Counted from the stretch's first letter, positions 14,844 to 23,694 are shown. The stretch is 24,190 bases of DNA from an uncultured Candidatus Saccharibacteria bacterium (GCA_964497595.1 CAZCCQ010000001.1:1-24190); one strand, 5' to 3'. Notes: a model not told the origin generated them from the sequence alone. Translations and numbers: made by a program.

Positions 14844-17264
14844 ATGGCACCAGCCCTGCTGGAAGAACTGGCTAGTTCGATCAGAGAGCTAGAGAGTTCA
14901 ATATTAGAAAAAAAGGTGGTTACAAGAGTAGATAGCGAATATTATGAGGTTGTCGCGGAGGTCTTGGGGCAACTTTTAGGGAAAGCTGTGTGGTTGTCGA
15001 TAGGCAGGGACAGAGATGAGGGTAATTGTGTCTCTAGCAGGAAGATTTTTACAGTAGAAGTGGAAGACACATTTGATCTTGATTCATATTTAGAGTTAGG
15101 TCTGACTCGCGTTGAGAGAGTCTGGAATGAAGGAGAAATCTCGATCCTGGGGGATGTAGTAGTAATGTGGCCTTTTAGTATGAAAAACCTTGTTAGGTTG
15201 AGTCTTCTGGGGAAGCAGATAGAGAGTATTGATATTGTTGAGTCTACGTCGAGGAAAAGGATTGAAAGTGTTAAAAAAAAGACGATTATTGATTCTTCGT
15301 CTTCGCTTTTAGTGGGAAATGAGGATGCTTCTAATTCTGTTAACATCTCTGTTGATGAGGAGATAGGTGGAGATAGTGATGGTGTAGGTCTGGGGATTAG
15401 GAATATTCCTGGTATAGAAGTATATTCAAGCAAAAAGGCGATATTGGAGATTCTCCGAAACTTTAAAACTCGAGGCTACAAGATTCTCTATGTCTCTAAC
15501 AGTATAAATAGGTATCAGGAAGATGTAGACAAGTCATTAAAAAAGCAAATAGACGAGATTTACGAGGTAAAGGGTGAGTATGCGAATCTTTTTCGGAGAG
15601 GATTTGTCTTTACTGCGGGGAAAATAGTTCTTTTAACGGATTTAGAGGTTTTGGGTGAGATAGATTTGTCGGAATTTTGGGAAAGGAATAGTAGTATGGA
15701 TCCGGGTTCTGTAGAGATTCTAAAGAAAATAATTCCTGGAGATTATGTTGTACATACTGATCACGGGATTGGTAGGTATGTTGATGTTCAAGTGAGGGAG
15801 GGTGGTTACTATATCCAGATAGCTTATGCTGGTAAGGATAGGCTTTATGTACCACTTACAGCTAGTGAGAAAATAACGAAATATATTGGGGCAGGGAAGG
15901 GGAAGCCAGTACTTACTGGATTAAATAGTGGTGTTTGGAAGAGAATCTCTAAGAATGCGAAAGAAAAGGCTGAAGATATCGCCAAAGAGCTTTTGCAACT
16001 TTATGCAGTAAGGGAAACTGTGAGTATAACTCCTTGTTTGTCAGAGGAGTCTGATTTGAGTGAGTTTGATTCATTTGTGAGTAAATTTCGGTTTAGAGAT
16101 ACAGATGACCAGTTGTTAGCAACCCAGCACTTGGTTAAAGACTTGCAGAGTGGTAAACCTATGGATCGACTATTAGTTGGTGATGTTGGGTATGGGAAGA
16201 CAGAGATAGCAATGAGGGCCATTTTCGCAGTAGTAAACGCAGGCTATCAAGTGGCTTTTTTAGCTCCTACTACGATACTAGTTGAGCAGCACCTGTCAGT
16301 TCTTGCAGAAAGATTTAATGAATATTTTTTTAATGTGTCTTCTCTTTCTAGAATGACACCTGCAGAGGAGAAAGAGTCTGTAATTGTAGGCTTAGAGAAA
16401 GGTTCTGTAGATATAGTTGTGGGGACTCATTCATTGCTTAGTGAAAGTATAAAATTTAAGAATTTAGGGCTTTTAGTAGTTGATGAGGAGCAGAAGTTTG
16501 GTGTTAAGCAGAAAGAGAAGATCAAAGGGAGAAAACTTAATTGTAATGTACTTTCTCTTACTGCGACGCCGATTCCTAGGACTTTGAATATGGCTTTGCT
16601 TGGTATTAGAGATATATCAGTGTTGGCAACGCCTCCTAGTGGTAGGTTAGAGATTAAGAATACTTTTAGTCGGTTTAATTGGGAAAGTGTAGGGGAAGCG
16701 ATTAAAAATGAATTGGATAGGGGTGGGCAGGTTTATTATCTTCACAACAGAGTGGAAACGATAGATGCTGTTTTTGAAAAATTGAATAATATGTTTCCAC
16801 AGGCAAACACTACTATTGTACACGGCCAGATGAATGTTCAAACTTTGTCTAAAAATATGTCAGATTTCATCAAGGGGAAGTCGAAAATTCTTCTTTGTAC
16901 CACGATAATTGAGAATGGGTTAGATATTACTTCTGTTAATACTTTGGTGGTAGATGATGCAACTATGTTGGGTCTTTCACAAATGTATCAAATTCGAGGG
17001 AGGGTAGGAAGATCAGAAAAGCAAGCATATGCACACTTTTTCTATGATACTTTAAAGGGAGATTCCGCTCTACGAATTTCTGCACTAAAGAATTCTCAAG
17101 AATTGGGTTCAGGTTTTCTTCTGTCAAACAGAGACTTAGAGATTAGAGGCTCAGGAGACATACTTGGGAAAAATCAGTCAGGGACTATCAATTCTGTTGG
17201 CTACGGTCTTTACTCTCAGCTACTCGGAGAAGCTGTAGAAAAACTGAAATCATTGGGTAAATAA
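14844..17264 (+). CDS. mfd: Transcription-repair coupling factor Mfd, shortened form lacking the C-terminal D7 domain
   Basis: UvrB-like D2 remnant (LGLTRVERV...EIS...VRL...IESI); RID/CarD-like PGDYVVHTDHGIG; DRLLVGDVGYGKTE; DEEQKFGV; LTATPIPRTL; TTIIENGLD; QMYQIRGRVGRS; TRG motif DLEIRGSGDILG. Confidence 0.93.
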   Translation: MAPALLEELASSIRELESSILEKKVVTRVDSEYYEVVAEVLGQLLGKAVWLSIGRDRDEGNCVSSRKIFTVEVEDTFDLDSYLELGLTRVERVWNEGEISILGDVVVMWPFSMKNLVRLSLLGKQIESIDIVESTSRKRIESVKKKTIIDSSSSLLVGNEDASNSVNISVDEEIGGDSDGVGLGIRNIPGIEVYSSKKAILEILRNFKTRGYKILYVSNSINRYQEDVDKSLKKQIDEIYEVKGEYANLFRRGFVFTAGKIVLLTDLEVLGEIDLSEFWERNSSMDPGSVEILKKIIPGDYVVHTDHGIGRYVDVQVREGGYYIQIAYAGKDRLYVPLTASEKITKYIGAGKGKPVLTGLNSGVWKRISKNAKEKAEDIAKELLQLYAVRETVSITPCLSEESDLSEFDSFVSKFRFRDTDDQLLATQHLVKDLQSGKPMDRLLVGDVGYGKTEIAMRAIFAVVNAGYQVAFLAPTTILVEQHLSVLAERFNEYFFNVSSLSRMTPAEEKESVIVGLEKGSVDIVVGTHSLLSESIKFKNLGLLVVDEEQKFGVKQKEKIKGRKLNCNVLSLTATPIPRTLNMALLGIRDISVLATPPSGRLEIKNTFSRFNWESVGEAIKNELDRGGQVYYLHNRVETIDAVFEKLNNMFPQANTTIVHGQMNVQTLSKNMSDFIKGKSKILLCTTIIENGLDITSVNTLVVDDATMLGLSQMYQIRGRVGRSEKQAYAHFFYDTLKGDSALRISALKNSQELGSGFLLSNRDLEIRGSGDILGKNQSGTINSVGYGLYSQLLGEAVEKLKSLGK

Positions 17265-17271
17265 TTTTCAC

Positions 17272-17300
17272 TTGGCAAGCAAGAGTCTTTAGACTAGTAT
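17272..17300 (+). promoter_or_regulatory. Putative sigma70 promoter of dnaX, probably giving a leaderless mRNA
   Basis: TTGGCA (17272-17277), 17-nt spacer, TAGTAT (17295-17300), only 5 nt before ATG 17306, no SD. Confidence 0.55.
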
Positions 17301-17305
17301 AGAGT

Positions 17306-18871
17306 ATGTCTTCCGTATTGTATCAAAAATATAGATCTCAAGATTTTGACCAGATAATAGGGCAGGAGAATGTCACAAAACTGCTTAAGAATGCTGTTAA
17401 AAAAGAGCAATTAGCACACGCGTATCTTTTTGTAGGTTCTAGAGGTACTGGAAAGACCTCTGCTGCAAGGATTTTAGCAAAAGCTGTTAATTGTAAGAAT
17501 ATAAAGAAGGACGGGAATCCTTGTTTGGAATGTGAAAATTGTGTAAGCATTGCAGAAGGGAAGTTTTTAGACTTGGTAGAGATAGATGCAGCTTCTAACA
17601 GAGGAATAGATCAGATCAGGGAGTTGAAGGAGAAGATAGAGTTTTCGCCCTCTTTGGGCAAGTACAAGGTATATATCATAGATGAAGTGCATATGCTGAC
17701 TACGGAGGCCTTTAATGCGCTTCTAAAGACACTAGAGGAGCCACCAGCCCATATTATATTCATCTTAGCAACAACAGATGTTCATAAACTTCCACCTACG
17801 ATACTTTCTAGGTGTCAGAGATATGATTTTAAGCTGGGTACAGACGACGAAATTAAAGATTTAATTAAGGACATTTGTAAAAAAGAGAAAATTATTATAA
17901 AAGAAGATGCTTTAGATGTATTAGTGCAGAATGCAAAAGGTAGTTACCGAGACGCTTTGTCTCTTTTAGATGTAGTATATAGTGGGCAAGAGCAAAACAA
18001 ATCTGAGATTACCTTAGATGAAGTTAGAAAGACACTGGGTCTTCCCGACTCTGAGAAAGTTTTACTATTGTTACGCTATCTTTTAGATGGAGATGGGAGT
18101 AAAGCGCTGGAGATAATTGAGAGTTTGGAGGAGAGTGGAGTTAACCTACAGCAATTTACTAGCTACGTTTTAGATATTCTAAGAAGGATTTTAGGTGGAA
18201 AAATAAAGGGTGATTTAGAGAAAGAGTATGGCTTTGTAAGAGATTTAGAAATGAAGGATATTCATAAGTTGATTAACCTTTTCTTGGAGGCAGAAAATAG
18301 AATAAGGTATGCCAATAATCAGGCTTTAGTTCTTGAGATGATTATTCCCGAGATGATGAGACCAAACGTTAATAGCGAGATAAAGATGGTAAACAGAGAT
18401 GTTAAGAAGCAGATTCCAACCACGAATCCTGATGAGAAGGAGATAGTTAAAACAGATGTTAATGAAGAATCTAAAGACGTCTCATTGGAGGAAATTAAAG
18501 AGAAATGGGAGCAGATTATTGAAGAAATTCGACCATTTAATGGACATCTTTACGCTTTTGTTGGTGGAGGGCATATTCGTTCATTTGAAAATGGGACTTT
18601 ACATTTAGAAGTACCATTTAGTTTTCATAAAGACAGGATAGAAACTCCTAAAAGCCGAAATATTATCTCTCAGGTATTTATGAAAATTTATGGTGTTGCT
18701 TGCAATATTGAGTGTGATGTAAATCCAGCAATAAAGCCTGTTGAGAAATCCGATGCAGAGCTAGTTTTGAAGAACATCCCAACTCCCAGACCTTCGCAGA
18801 AAGCAGAACCGAAGTACCATTCTAAAAGAAGAACAAACAAAGAAATAGAAGCAATCTTTGCTGGAGTTTAA
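17306..18871 (+). CDS. dnaX: DNA polymerase III subunit gamma/tau
   Basis: LYQKYRSQDF, GSRGTGKTS (Walker A), PCLECENC, EIDAASNRG, IIDEVHML, LKTLEEPP, SRCQ; C-terminal tau-like domain. Confidence 0.97.
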   Translation: MSSVLYQKYRSQDFDQIIGQENVTKLLKNAVKKEQLAHAYLFVGSRGTGKTSAARILAKAVNCKNIKKDGNPCLECENCVSIAEGKFLDLVEIDAASNRGIDQIRELKEKIEFSPSLGKYKVYIIDEVHMLTTEAFNALLKTLEEPPAHIIFILATTDVHKLPPTILSRCQRYDFKLGTDDEIKDLIKDICKKEKIIIKEDALDVLVQNAKGSYRDALSLLDVVYSGQEQNKSEITLDEVRKTLGLPDSEKVLLLLRYLLDGDGSKALEIIESLEESGVNLQQFTSYVLDILRRILGGKIKGDLEKEYGFVRDLEMKDIHKLINLFLEAENRIRYANNQALVLEMIIPEMMRPNVNSEIKMVNRDVKKQIPTTNPDEKEIVKTDVNEESKDVSLEEIKEKWEQIIEEIRPFNGHLYAFVGGGHIRSFENGTLHLEVPFSFHKDRIETPKSRNIISQVFMKIYGVACNIECDVNPAIKPVEKSDAELVLKNIPTPRPSQKAEPKYHSKRRTNKEIEAIFAGV

Positions 18872-18888
18872 TTTCCTACAATTTCTAC

Positions 18889-19469
18889 AGTTGAGGTCTA
18901 CACCTCACCCTCATTCATCATTTGTTCATCGATTTCCATTATTGGCTTCCTACGTCGCTTTTGCGATGTACTTCTGAGATAGAACCACCTGTAGCTTTCG
19001 ACTGGTGCTCCTCCAATCAAGTCAGCCTCCAACGGATTGTTTCTCAAATAAGAGATTATTGATTCCAAATCTCTAATCCCAACGATTCTTCTTACCTGAA
19101 AAGGACCTTGAAATAGGCGACCAACCTTTTTGTATTCTCGATTGGAATATGCCACATAGGAGATCATAAATCCTTGCATACACTTAGATATTGATTCTGT
19201 ATCTACACCATTCTTTAGAAGCAAATGGTAATGATTGGGTAAAAAACAGTAGGAAATAATAGTTAATCCATATTTTTTGCAATATCTATGCAGTAAACTG
19301 CAGAAGACCTTGTAATCTTTCTCTCTTCTGAAAATATTCTCTTTATGGTTCCCCCTATTATAAATATGGTAAAAAGAATTCCTTCTGTAAATCAGCTTAT
19401 TCCTTAATTTCGGCATATTGAAAGTATATTTGAATAATATTAAAAAGTTTTGAACAGAGTCGAGGTCTA
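18889..19469 (-). mobile_element. Putative RAYT-carrying insertion bounded by 12-bp near-identical direct repeats
   Basis: AGTTGAGGTCTA (18889-18900) and AGTCGAGGTCTA (19458-19469); interrupts the conserved dnaX-ybaB-recR order in opposite orientation. Boundaries are inferred. Confidence 0.4.
18898..19416 (-). CDS. REP-associated tyrosine transposase-like HUH (Y1) nuclease
   Basis: FYHIYNRG, ENIF, YCFLPNHYHLL (HUH), GRLFQGPF, YLRNNP (catalytic Tyr), YRW. Confidence 0.88.
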   Translation of the reverse strand: MPKLRNKLIYRRNSFYHIYNRGNHKENIFRREKDYKVFCSLLHRYCKKYGLTIISYCFLPNHYHLLLKNGVDTESISKCMQGFMISYVAYSNREYKKVGRLFQGPFQVRRIVGIRDLESIISYLRNNPLEADLIGGAPVESYRWFYLRSTSQKRRRKPIMEIDEQMMNEGEV

Positions 19470-19487
19470 GTCCAGGACTTTGGAGGC

Positions 19488-19498
19488 TGTGATATAAT
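19488..19498 (+). promoter_or_regulatory. Extended -10 promoter of ybaB-recR-cysS-rnhC
   Basis: TGTGATATAAT, the same 11-mer as the rpsU promoter. Confidence 0.7.
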
Positions 19499-19528
19499 GG
19501 CAGTATCTAATTTGATTGTTTTGCTTGT

Positions 19529-19819
19529 ATGTTAAACCCCATTGAGATATTGAAGATGCAGAGTGAAGCTAAGAAGCTTCAGAATAAGTTGAGAGAGAGG
19601 AAAATTAAAGGAGAGTCGAGAAACGGTATGGTAAGAATCTATATGAATGGAGCCCAAGAGTTCGAGGATGTACGAATTGATGAATCATATCTTTCGCCAG
19701 ATATGGAAGATGACTTGAGAAAAGCTTTTAAGGAAGCCTTTAAAGACTATCAGAAGAAACTACAGAAAGATATGGTTCAGGATATGGATTTAGATCAGTT
19801 GAAGAATATGTTTAAGTAA
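19529..19819 (+). CDS. ybaB: YbaB/EbfC nucleoid-associated protein
   Basis: KMQ.EAKKLQ.KL...GESRNGMVRIYMNG.QE...VRID...L...KEAF; sits between dnaX and recR. Confidence 0.88.
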   Translation: MLNPIEILKMQSEAKKLQNKLRERKIKGESRNGMVRIYMNGAQEFEDVRIDESYLSPDMEDDLRKAFKEAFKDYQKKLQKDMVQDMDLDQLKNMFK

Positions 19820-19820
19820 A

Positions 19821-20444
19821 ATGTCAGTACTACCCAAGAGTGTTGAAAAAGTAATAGAGGAGTTTTCACATCTCCCAGGAGTGGGGCCTAAATCAGCCTC
19901 TAGGATGGCGTATCATTACTTAAGATCTCCAAATAAGGATGCAACAAATCTTGCAAATGCTCTGCAAGAAATGGATGAGAAGGTTGTGAACTGTGAGAAA
20001 TGTTTTAATGTGTCGGAATTAAAGATTTGTGATATATGCTCTAGTCCTTTGAGGAAAAAGGAGAGGATTTGTGTGGTGGAAGAGCCTTTAGATGTTGTAG
20101 CATTTGAAAATTCGGCTGTTTTTGATGGAATATACTTTGTTCTCGGTGGAGTAATATCTCCAGCTGATGGCATTACTTCGGAGGAATTACGATTCAAAGA
20201 GTTAAAAGAAAGAGTTAATGAATTACTAAAAGAAGTTCCTGAAGTGGAGGTGATTATAGCGACGAATCCTAGCTTGGAGGGTGAGGCCACCGCCAGCTAT
20301 ATTCTAGATTTATTCAAAAATCATCTCAAAGAGGGTAAAATAAAGATAACTAGGTTAGCAATGGGATTGCCAACAGGTGCTGACTTAGAGTATGCGGACA
20401 GATTAACTTTAAAGAAAGCATTGGAAGGAAGGAGAGATATTTAA
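19821..20444 (+). CDS. recR: Recombination mediator RecR
   Basis: LPGVGPKSASR, CEKC...CDIC zinc finger, ICVVEEPLD, EVIIATNPSLEGEATA, ITRLAMGLPTGADLEYAD. Confidence 0.97.
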   Translation: MSVLPKSVEKVIEEFSHLPGVGPKSASRMAYHYLRSPNKDATNLANALQEMDEKVVNCEKCFNVSELKICDICSSPLRKKERICVVEEPLDVVAFENSAVFDGIYFVLGGVISPADGITSEELRFKELKERVNELLKEVPEVEVIIATNPSLEGEATASYILDLFKNHLKEGKIKITRLAMGLPTGADLEYADRLTLKKALEGRRDI

Positions 20445-21889
20445 TGAAGCTTTACTCGACATTGGATAGGAAAGTTGTAGACATAGTTCCTCTAAAAAAG
20501 GGGGAGATTAGTATGTATAGCTGTGGTCTTACGGTGTATTCTAGAATGCATATAGGGAATGCTAGGTCATATATTAACTGGGATGTTTTACATAGAGCGC
20601 TATTGTACTTGGGATTCAAGGTAAACAGAATTATGAATATTACTGATGTTGGACATATGACATCGGATGATGATTTCGGGAATGAAAAGTTTGATAAACA
20701 GGCAGAGAAAGAGGGGATACAACCGATTGATATTGCAAATAAATATACAGATACGATGTTGGAAGATTTTAGAGCGTTAAATATCCTTGCCCCTAATGGA
20801 AAGAGGATACCAGAGAATCTCACTTATAAGGATGTGGCAGAATTTGGCTGGACAAGGGCTACAGAGTATGTAGAAGCGATGATTGAGTTGATTAAGAAGG
20901 CTGAGGCTAGAGGCTATACATATGAGACGAAACAGGCATTGTATTTTGATGTAACTAAGGTTGAAGATTACACGATCTTTACAGGTCAGAAGTTGGAAGA
21001 GAAGTCGGAAGGTGTACGAGATGAGGTTAATGTGGATCCAGAAAAGAGAAATCCAGCAGATTTTGTTCTTTGGATGAAGAAAGTAGGTAAATATGAAAAT
21101 CATATTATGAATTGGTCTTCTCCTTGGGGAGAGGGTTTTCCTGGTTGGCACATAGAGTGTTCGGCTATGGGAACAGCCATACTAGGAGAGAAATTTGATA
21201 TCCATACTGGAGGTATAGATCACGCCTCTGTTCATCATCCTAATGAAAGAGCTCAGAATATTGGTGCTTTTGGTCATCCAGTTGTTAGTTACTGGGTACA
21301 TAATGAATGGTTAGTGGACAAAGAGGATGAGAAGCTCTCAAAAAGTGCTGGAGCATTATCTTTACCAGAGATTATGGATATGGGATTTGATCCTATGGAT
21401 ATTAGGTATCTTTTTGTTTCGGTTAATTACAGGACAAGAATTAGTTTTTCCAAACAGAGTCTTAAAGGAGCAAGAAGTTCCAGATTCGCCTTAATTCGGA
21501 GATTAAAAGAATTAGGTAGAAAGAGTGGAAAAGTTCTGCCTAGCTATGTAAAGGCGTTTAAAGAAGAGTTAGAGGACAATTTAAACCTATCAGGTGCTTT
21601 AGCTTTAGTAAATGAGCTTCTAAAATCTGATGAGAAGAGTGAAGACAAACTAGCTACTGTGCTTGATTTTGATAAAGTCTTTGGATTGGATTTAAGTGAG
21701 GAGATTACAAAAGAGGGGAATGATTACAAGGATGGGGAGAACAGAGCTCTTGATGAGCTTTTAGAAAAGAGATTAGTAGCAAAGAAAGAGAAGAATTTCG
21801 CAGAGTCAGACAAAATTAGAGATCAAATATTGGAATTGGGGTACTCTGTAGTGGATTCTTCTGATGGACAAAAAGTTGTTAAAATTTAA
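20444..21889 (+). CDS. cysS: Cysteine--tRNA ligase
   Basis: [42 protein letters not shown]...HH.NE.AQ, KLSKS; TAATG stop/start overlap with recR. Confidence 0.97.
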   Translation: MKLYSTLDRKVVDIVPLKKGEISMYSCGLTVYSRMHIGNARSYINWDVLHRALLYLGFKVNRIMNITDVGHMTSDDDFGNEKFDKQAEKEGIQPIDIANKYTDTMLEDFRALNILAPNGKRIPENLTYKDVAEFGWTRATEYVEAMIELIKKAEARGYTYETKQALYFDVTKVEDYTIFTGQKLEEKSEGVRDEVNVDPEKRNPADFVLWMKKVGKYENHIMNWSSPWGEGFPGWHIECSAMGTAILGEKFDIHTGGIDHASVHHPNERAQNIGAFGHPVVSYWVHNEWLVDKEDEKLSKSAGALSLPEIMDMGFDPMDIRYLFVSVNYRTRISFSKQSLKGARSSRFALIRRLKELGRKSGKVLPSYVKAFKEELEDNLNLSGALALVNELLKSDEKSEDKLATVLDFDKVFGLDLSEEITKEGNDYKDGENRALDELLEKRLVAKKEKNFAESDKIRDQILELGYSVVDSSDGQKVVKI

Positions 21890-21892
21890 TCT

Positions 21893-22798
21893 ATGCCTCA
21901 GCAGACAGTTTCATTAAAATTAAATCAGAAAGAGCAGAAGTCTTTAGAGCAGGTCTTGTTAAAGGCAGGATGGTTTTTTGATCCTATTGCAAATGAGTAT
22001 GTTGCTTTAAGAATGAAGAATGATGATGGTTCTGTATGCACTCTATATACAAGTGGAAAAGTTGTTTTTCAGGGTAATGAAGACTTTACGTACATTGTTA
22101 ATTCTGTACAAGGAGAGACAGAGAATTCAAAGGATTCTGTTGTTGTTCCTCACATTGGAGTTGATGAAGTGGGGAAAGGTGATTATTTTGGTCCTTTAGT
22201 TGTTGTGTCTTGTTTTGTAGATGAGAAGTTTAGTGAAAAAGTAAAAAAACTGGGAGTAGGGGATTCTAAAAAATTTTCTGATAGAAAGATTATGAGTATG
22301 TATTCTGAAATGAGAAATTACGAGTATTACTATGTTTCTGTAGTAAGCCCGAAAGAGTACAACGGATTAGTAAAAGAATTAAAGAATGTGGGTATTCTCC
22401 TTGCTAAGGAGCATTCAAAAGTTATTGAAATGGCATTAAAAGATTTGAAAGCAAAAGGTATTACTCCAAAAAGTGTTGTGATAGATCAGTTCTCAAGTAG
22501 AAAGGATAGAGTGATAAATGAATTGGGTGAATTAGGAAGAAGTATTGATTTTAAGCAATTTCATAAAGGGGAGTCCGATTTTGCTGTTGCCTCAGCTTCG
22601 GTTTTAGCTAGAGGAGTGTTTTTAGAGAAGATGAGTGAAATGTCCAGGGAGTATGGTTTTGATTTCCCAAAGGGTTCTTCTAATGTAATTAGTGAGGGGA
22701 GGGAGTTTGTCGAGAAATTCGGAGAAAAAGAGCTTGAAAAAGTGGCAAAGATATCATTTAGGACGACTAAAAGTGTTCTAAACAAGTCATTTATTTAG
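21893..22798 (+). CDS. rnhC: Ribonuclease HIII
   Basis: N-terminal TBP-like domain (TLYTSGKVVFQG); IGVDEVGKGDYFGPLVV, GDSKK, IDQF, KGES...VASASVLAR. Confidence 0.93.
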   Translation: MPQQTVSLKLNQKEQKSLEQVLLKAGWFFDPIANEYVALRMKNDDGSVCTLYTSGKVVFQGNEDFTYIVNSVQGETENSKDSVVVPHIGVDEVGKGDYFGPLVVVSCFVDEKFSEKVKKLGVGDSKKFSDRKIMSMYSEMRNYEYYYVSVVSPKEYNGLVKELKNVGILLAKEHSKVIEMALKDLKAKGITPKSVVIDQFSSRKDRVINELGELGRSIDFKQFHKGESDFAVASASVLARGVFLEKMSEMSREYGFDFPKGSSNVISEGREFVEKFGEKELEKVAKISFRTTKSVLNKSFI

Positions 22799-23693
22799 AC
22801 TTTTTCTTTTTCTGTCGTGCAAAGTAGAGTACTGTTAGCACAATTATTTCTAGTAGGATTACGACTGCAGCAAAGGGTAGGAGGAATTGAGGTTGTTGAG
22901 TGATAGTAGCTGTTTGTTCCTTTTGGTAGAGGCCATTGTAAAATTTCCCTAGAATATTTCTTTCATATATGAGGTTTGATATACTCCATTTCTCTATACT
23001 TATCTCTTCCTCTATTGTTTTATTTGGATAAAGCTTTTTCTCCTCTGGGTTTACTTTAATGTATATGGGTTTTTCTCTGTTATTTTTATCACTAAAGATA
23101 ACAATTTCTCCAAGAGGATTTAATACAAAGTTGCTTTTGTTAGTAATGGTATATTTGATTTTTGTAGGTAGAAGAAAAGGGATGCCATTCTGTGTAATTC
23201 GAAGATCGACTTCAAGAAGCTCTCCACTTGTATTTTCAAGGTTTTCTTTAGAATCAACGATGTTAAGAACTACTAGTTGAGATACATTGGCACTCATTGC
23301 TACATTACTATTACTACTAAGTGTTTGCTGTACAATAATTAGGTTGAAGTAGGTACCATTTAGCGTATCTTTCTCAGGAGCCATTTCATAATTGAATACT
23401 TTGCTTTCGCCAGGATTCACTGAGACAGTTGCTTGGGATATTTTGACAAATACTTTCCCATCTTTGAGAATTTGTTGGTTTTCTGCATCGTAATTCACAA
23501 CTTGAGGTTGAACAGTAACAGAATAGTTATTGTCATTCTTGAAGGTAAAGCTACCTTTGGTACTTTCTCTTGTTGTAACTGTAGTTTCTTGTTTATATGG
23601 ATAGAGTGATACTGAAGCGTATGTACGAGTAGAGTAGGCCGAAAAAAACAAGATAGCTGTTAAAATTGTAAAAAGAATATTTCGTACTTTCAT
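22791..23693 (-). CDS. Secreted/membrane protein with two Ig-like domains and a C-terminal TM anchor (PapD/WxL-interacting-protein-like)
   Basis: Signal peptide ending ..TYA; F.F.N.NN..V.V.P.V; ITNKSNFVLNPLGEIVI; C-terminal TM followed by RQKKKKSK. Family assignment is by resemblance only. Confidence 0.6.
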   Translation of the reverse strand: MKVRNILFTILTAILFFSAYSTRTYASVSLYPYKQETTVTTRESTKGSFTFKNDNNYSVTVQPQVVNYDAENQQILKDGKVFVKISQATVSVNPGESKVFNYEMAPEKDTLNGTYFNLIIVQQTLSSNSNVAMSANVSQLVVLNIVDSKENLENTSGELLEVDLRITQNGIPFLLPTKIKYTITNKSNFVLNPLGEIVIFSDKNNREKPIYIKVNPEEKKLYPNKTIEEEISIEKWSISNLIYERNILGKFYNGLYQKEQTATITQQPQFLLPFAAVVILLEIIVLTVLYFARQKKKKSK

Positions 23694-23694
23694 T

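Noticed and set aside
17284-17295. AGTCT-TT-AGACT at the dnaX promoter as a full copy of the candidate operator
   Set aside because: Arm spacing is 4 nt shorter than in sites 1 and 2; counted only as a half-site. AGTCAT-TG-TAGACA at 8744-8757 fails likewise.
17441-17461. AGAGGT-N9-ACCTCT hairpin resembling the RAYT flank palindrome
   Set aside because: Lies in the conserved Walker A codons of dnaX and has a different loop length; likely coincidence.
17876-17887. A6G run in dnaX as a possible gamma/tau -1 frameshift site
   Set aside because: Phased as AAA AAA G rather than A AAA AAG, and located inside the AAA+ module where truncation would destroy function. The same applies to the run near 17399.
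18880-18897. AATTTCTACAGTTGAGGT resembles the 3' end of Cas12a repeats (AATTTCTACTGTTGTAGAT)
   Set aside because: Single copy, the TCTAC/GTAGA stem is broken, and there are no spacers or cas genes; better explained as part of the RAYT flank or chance.
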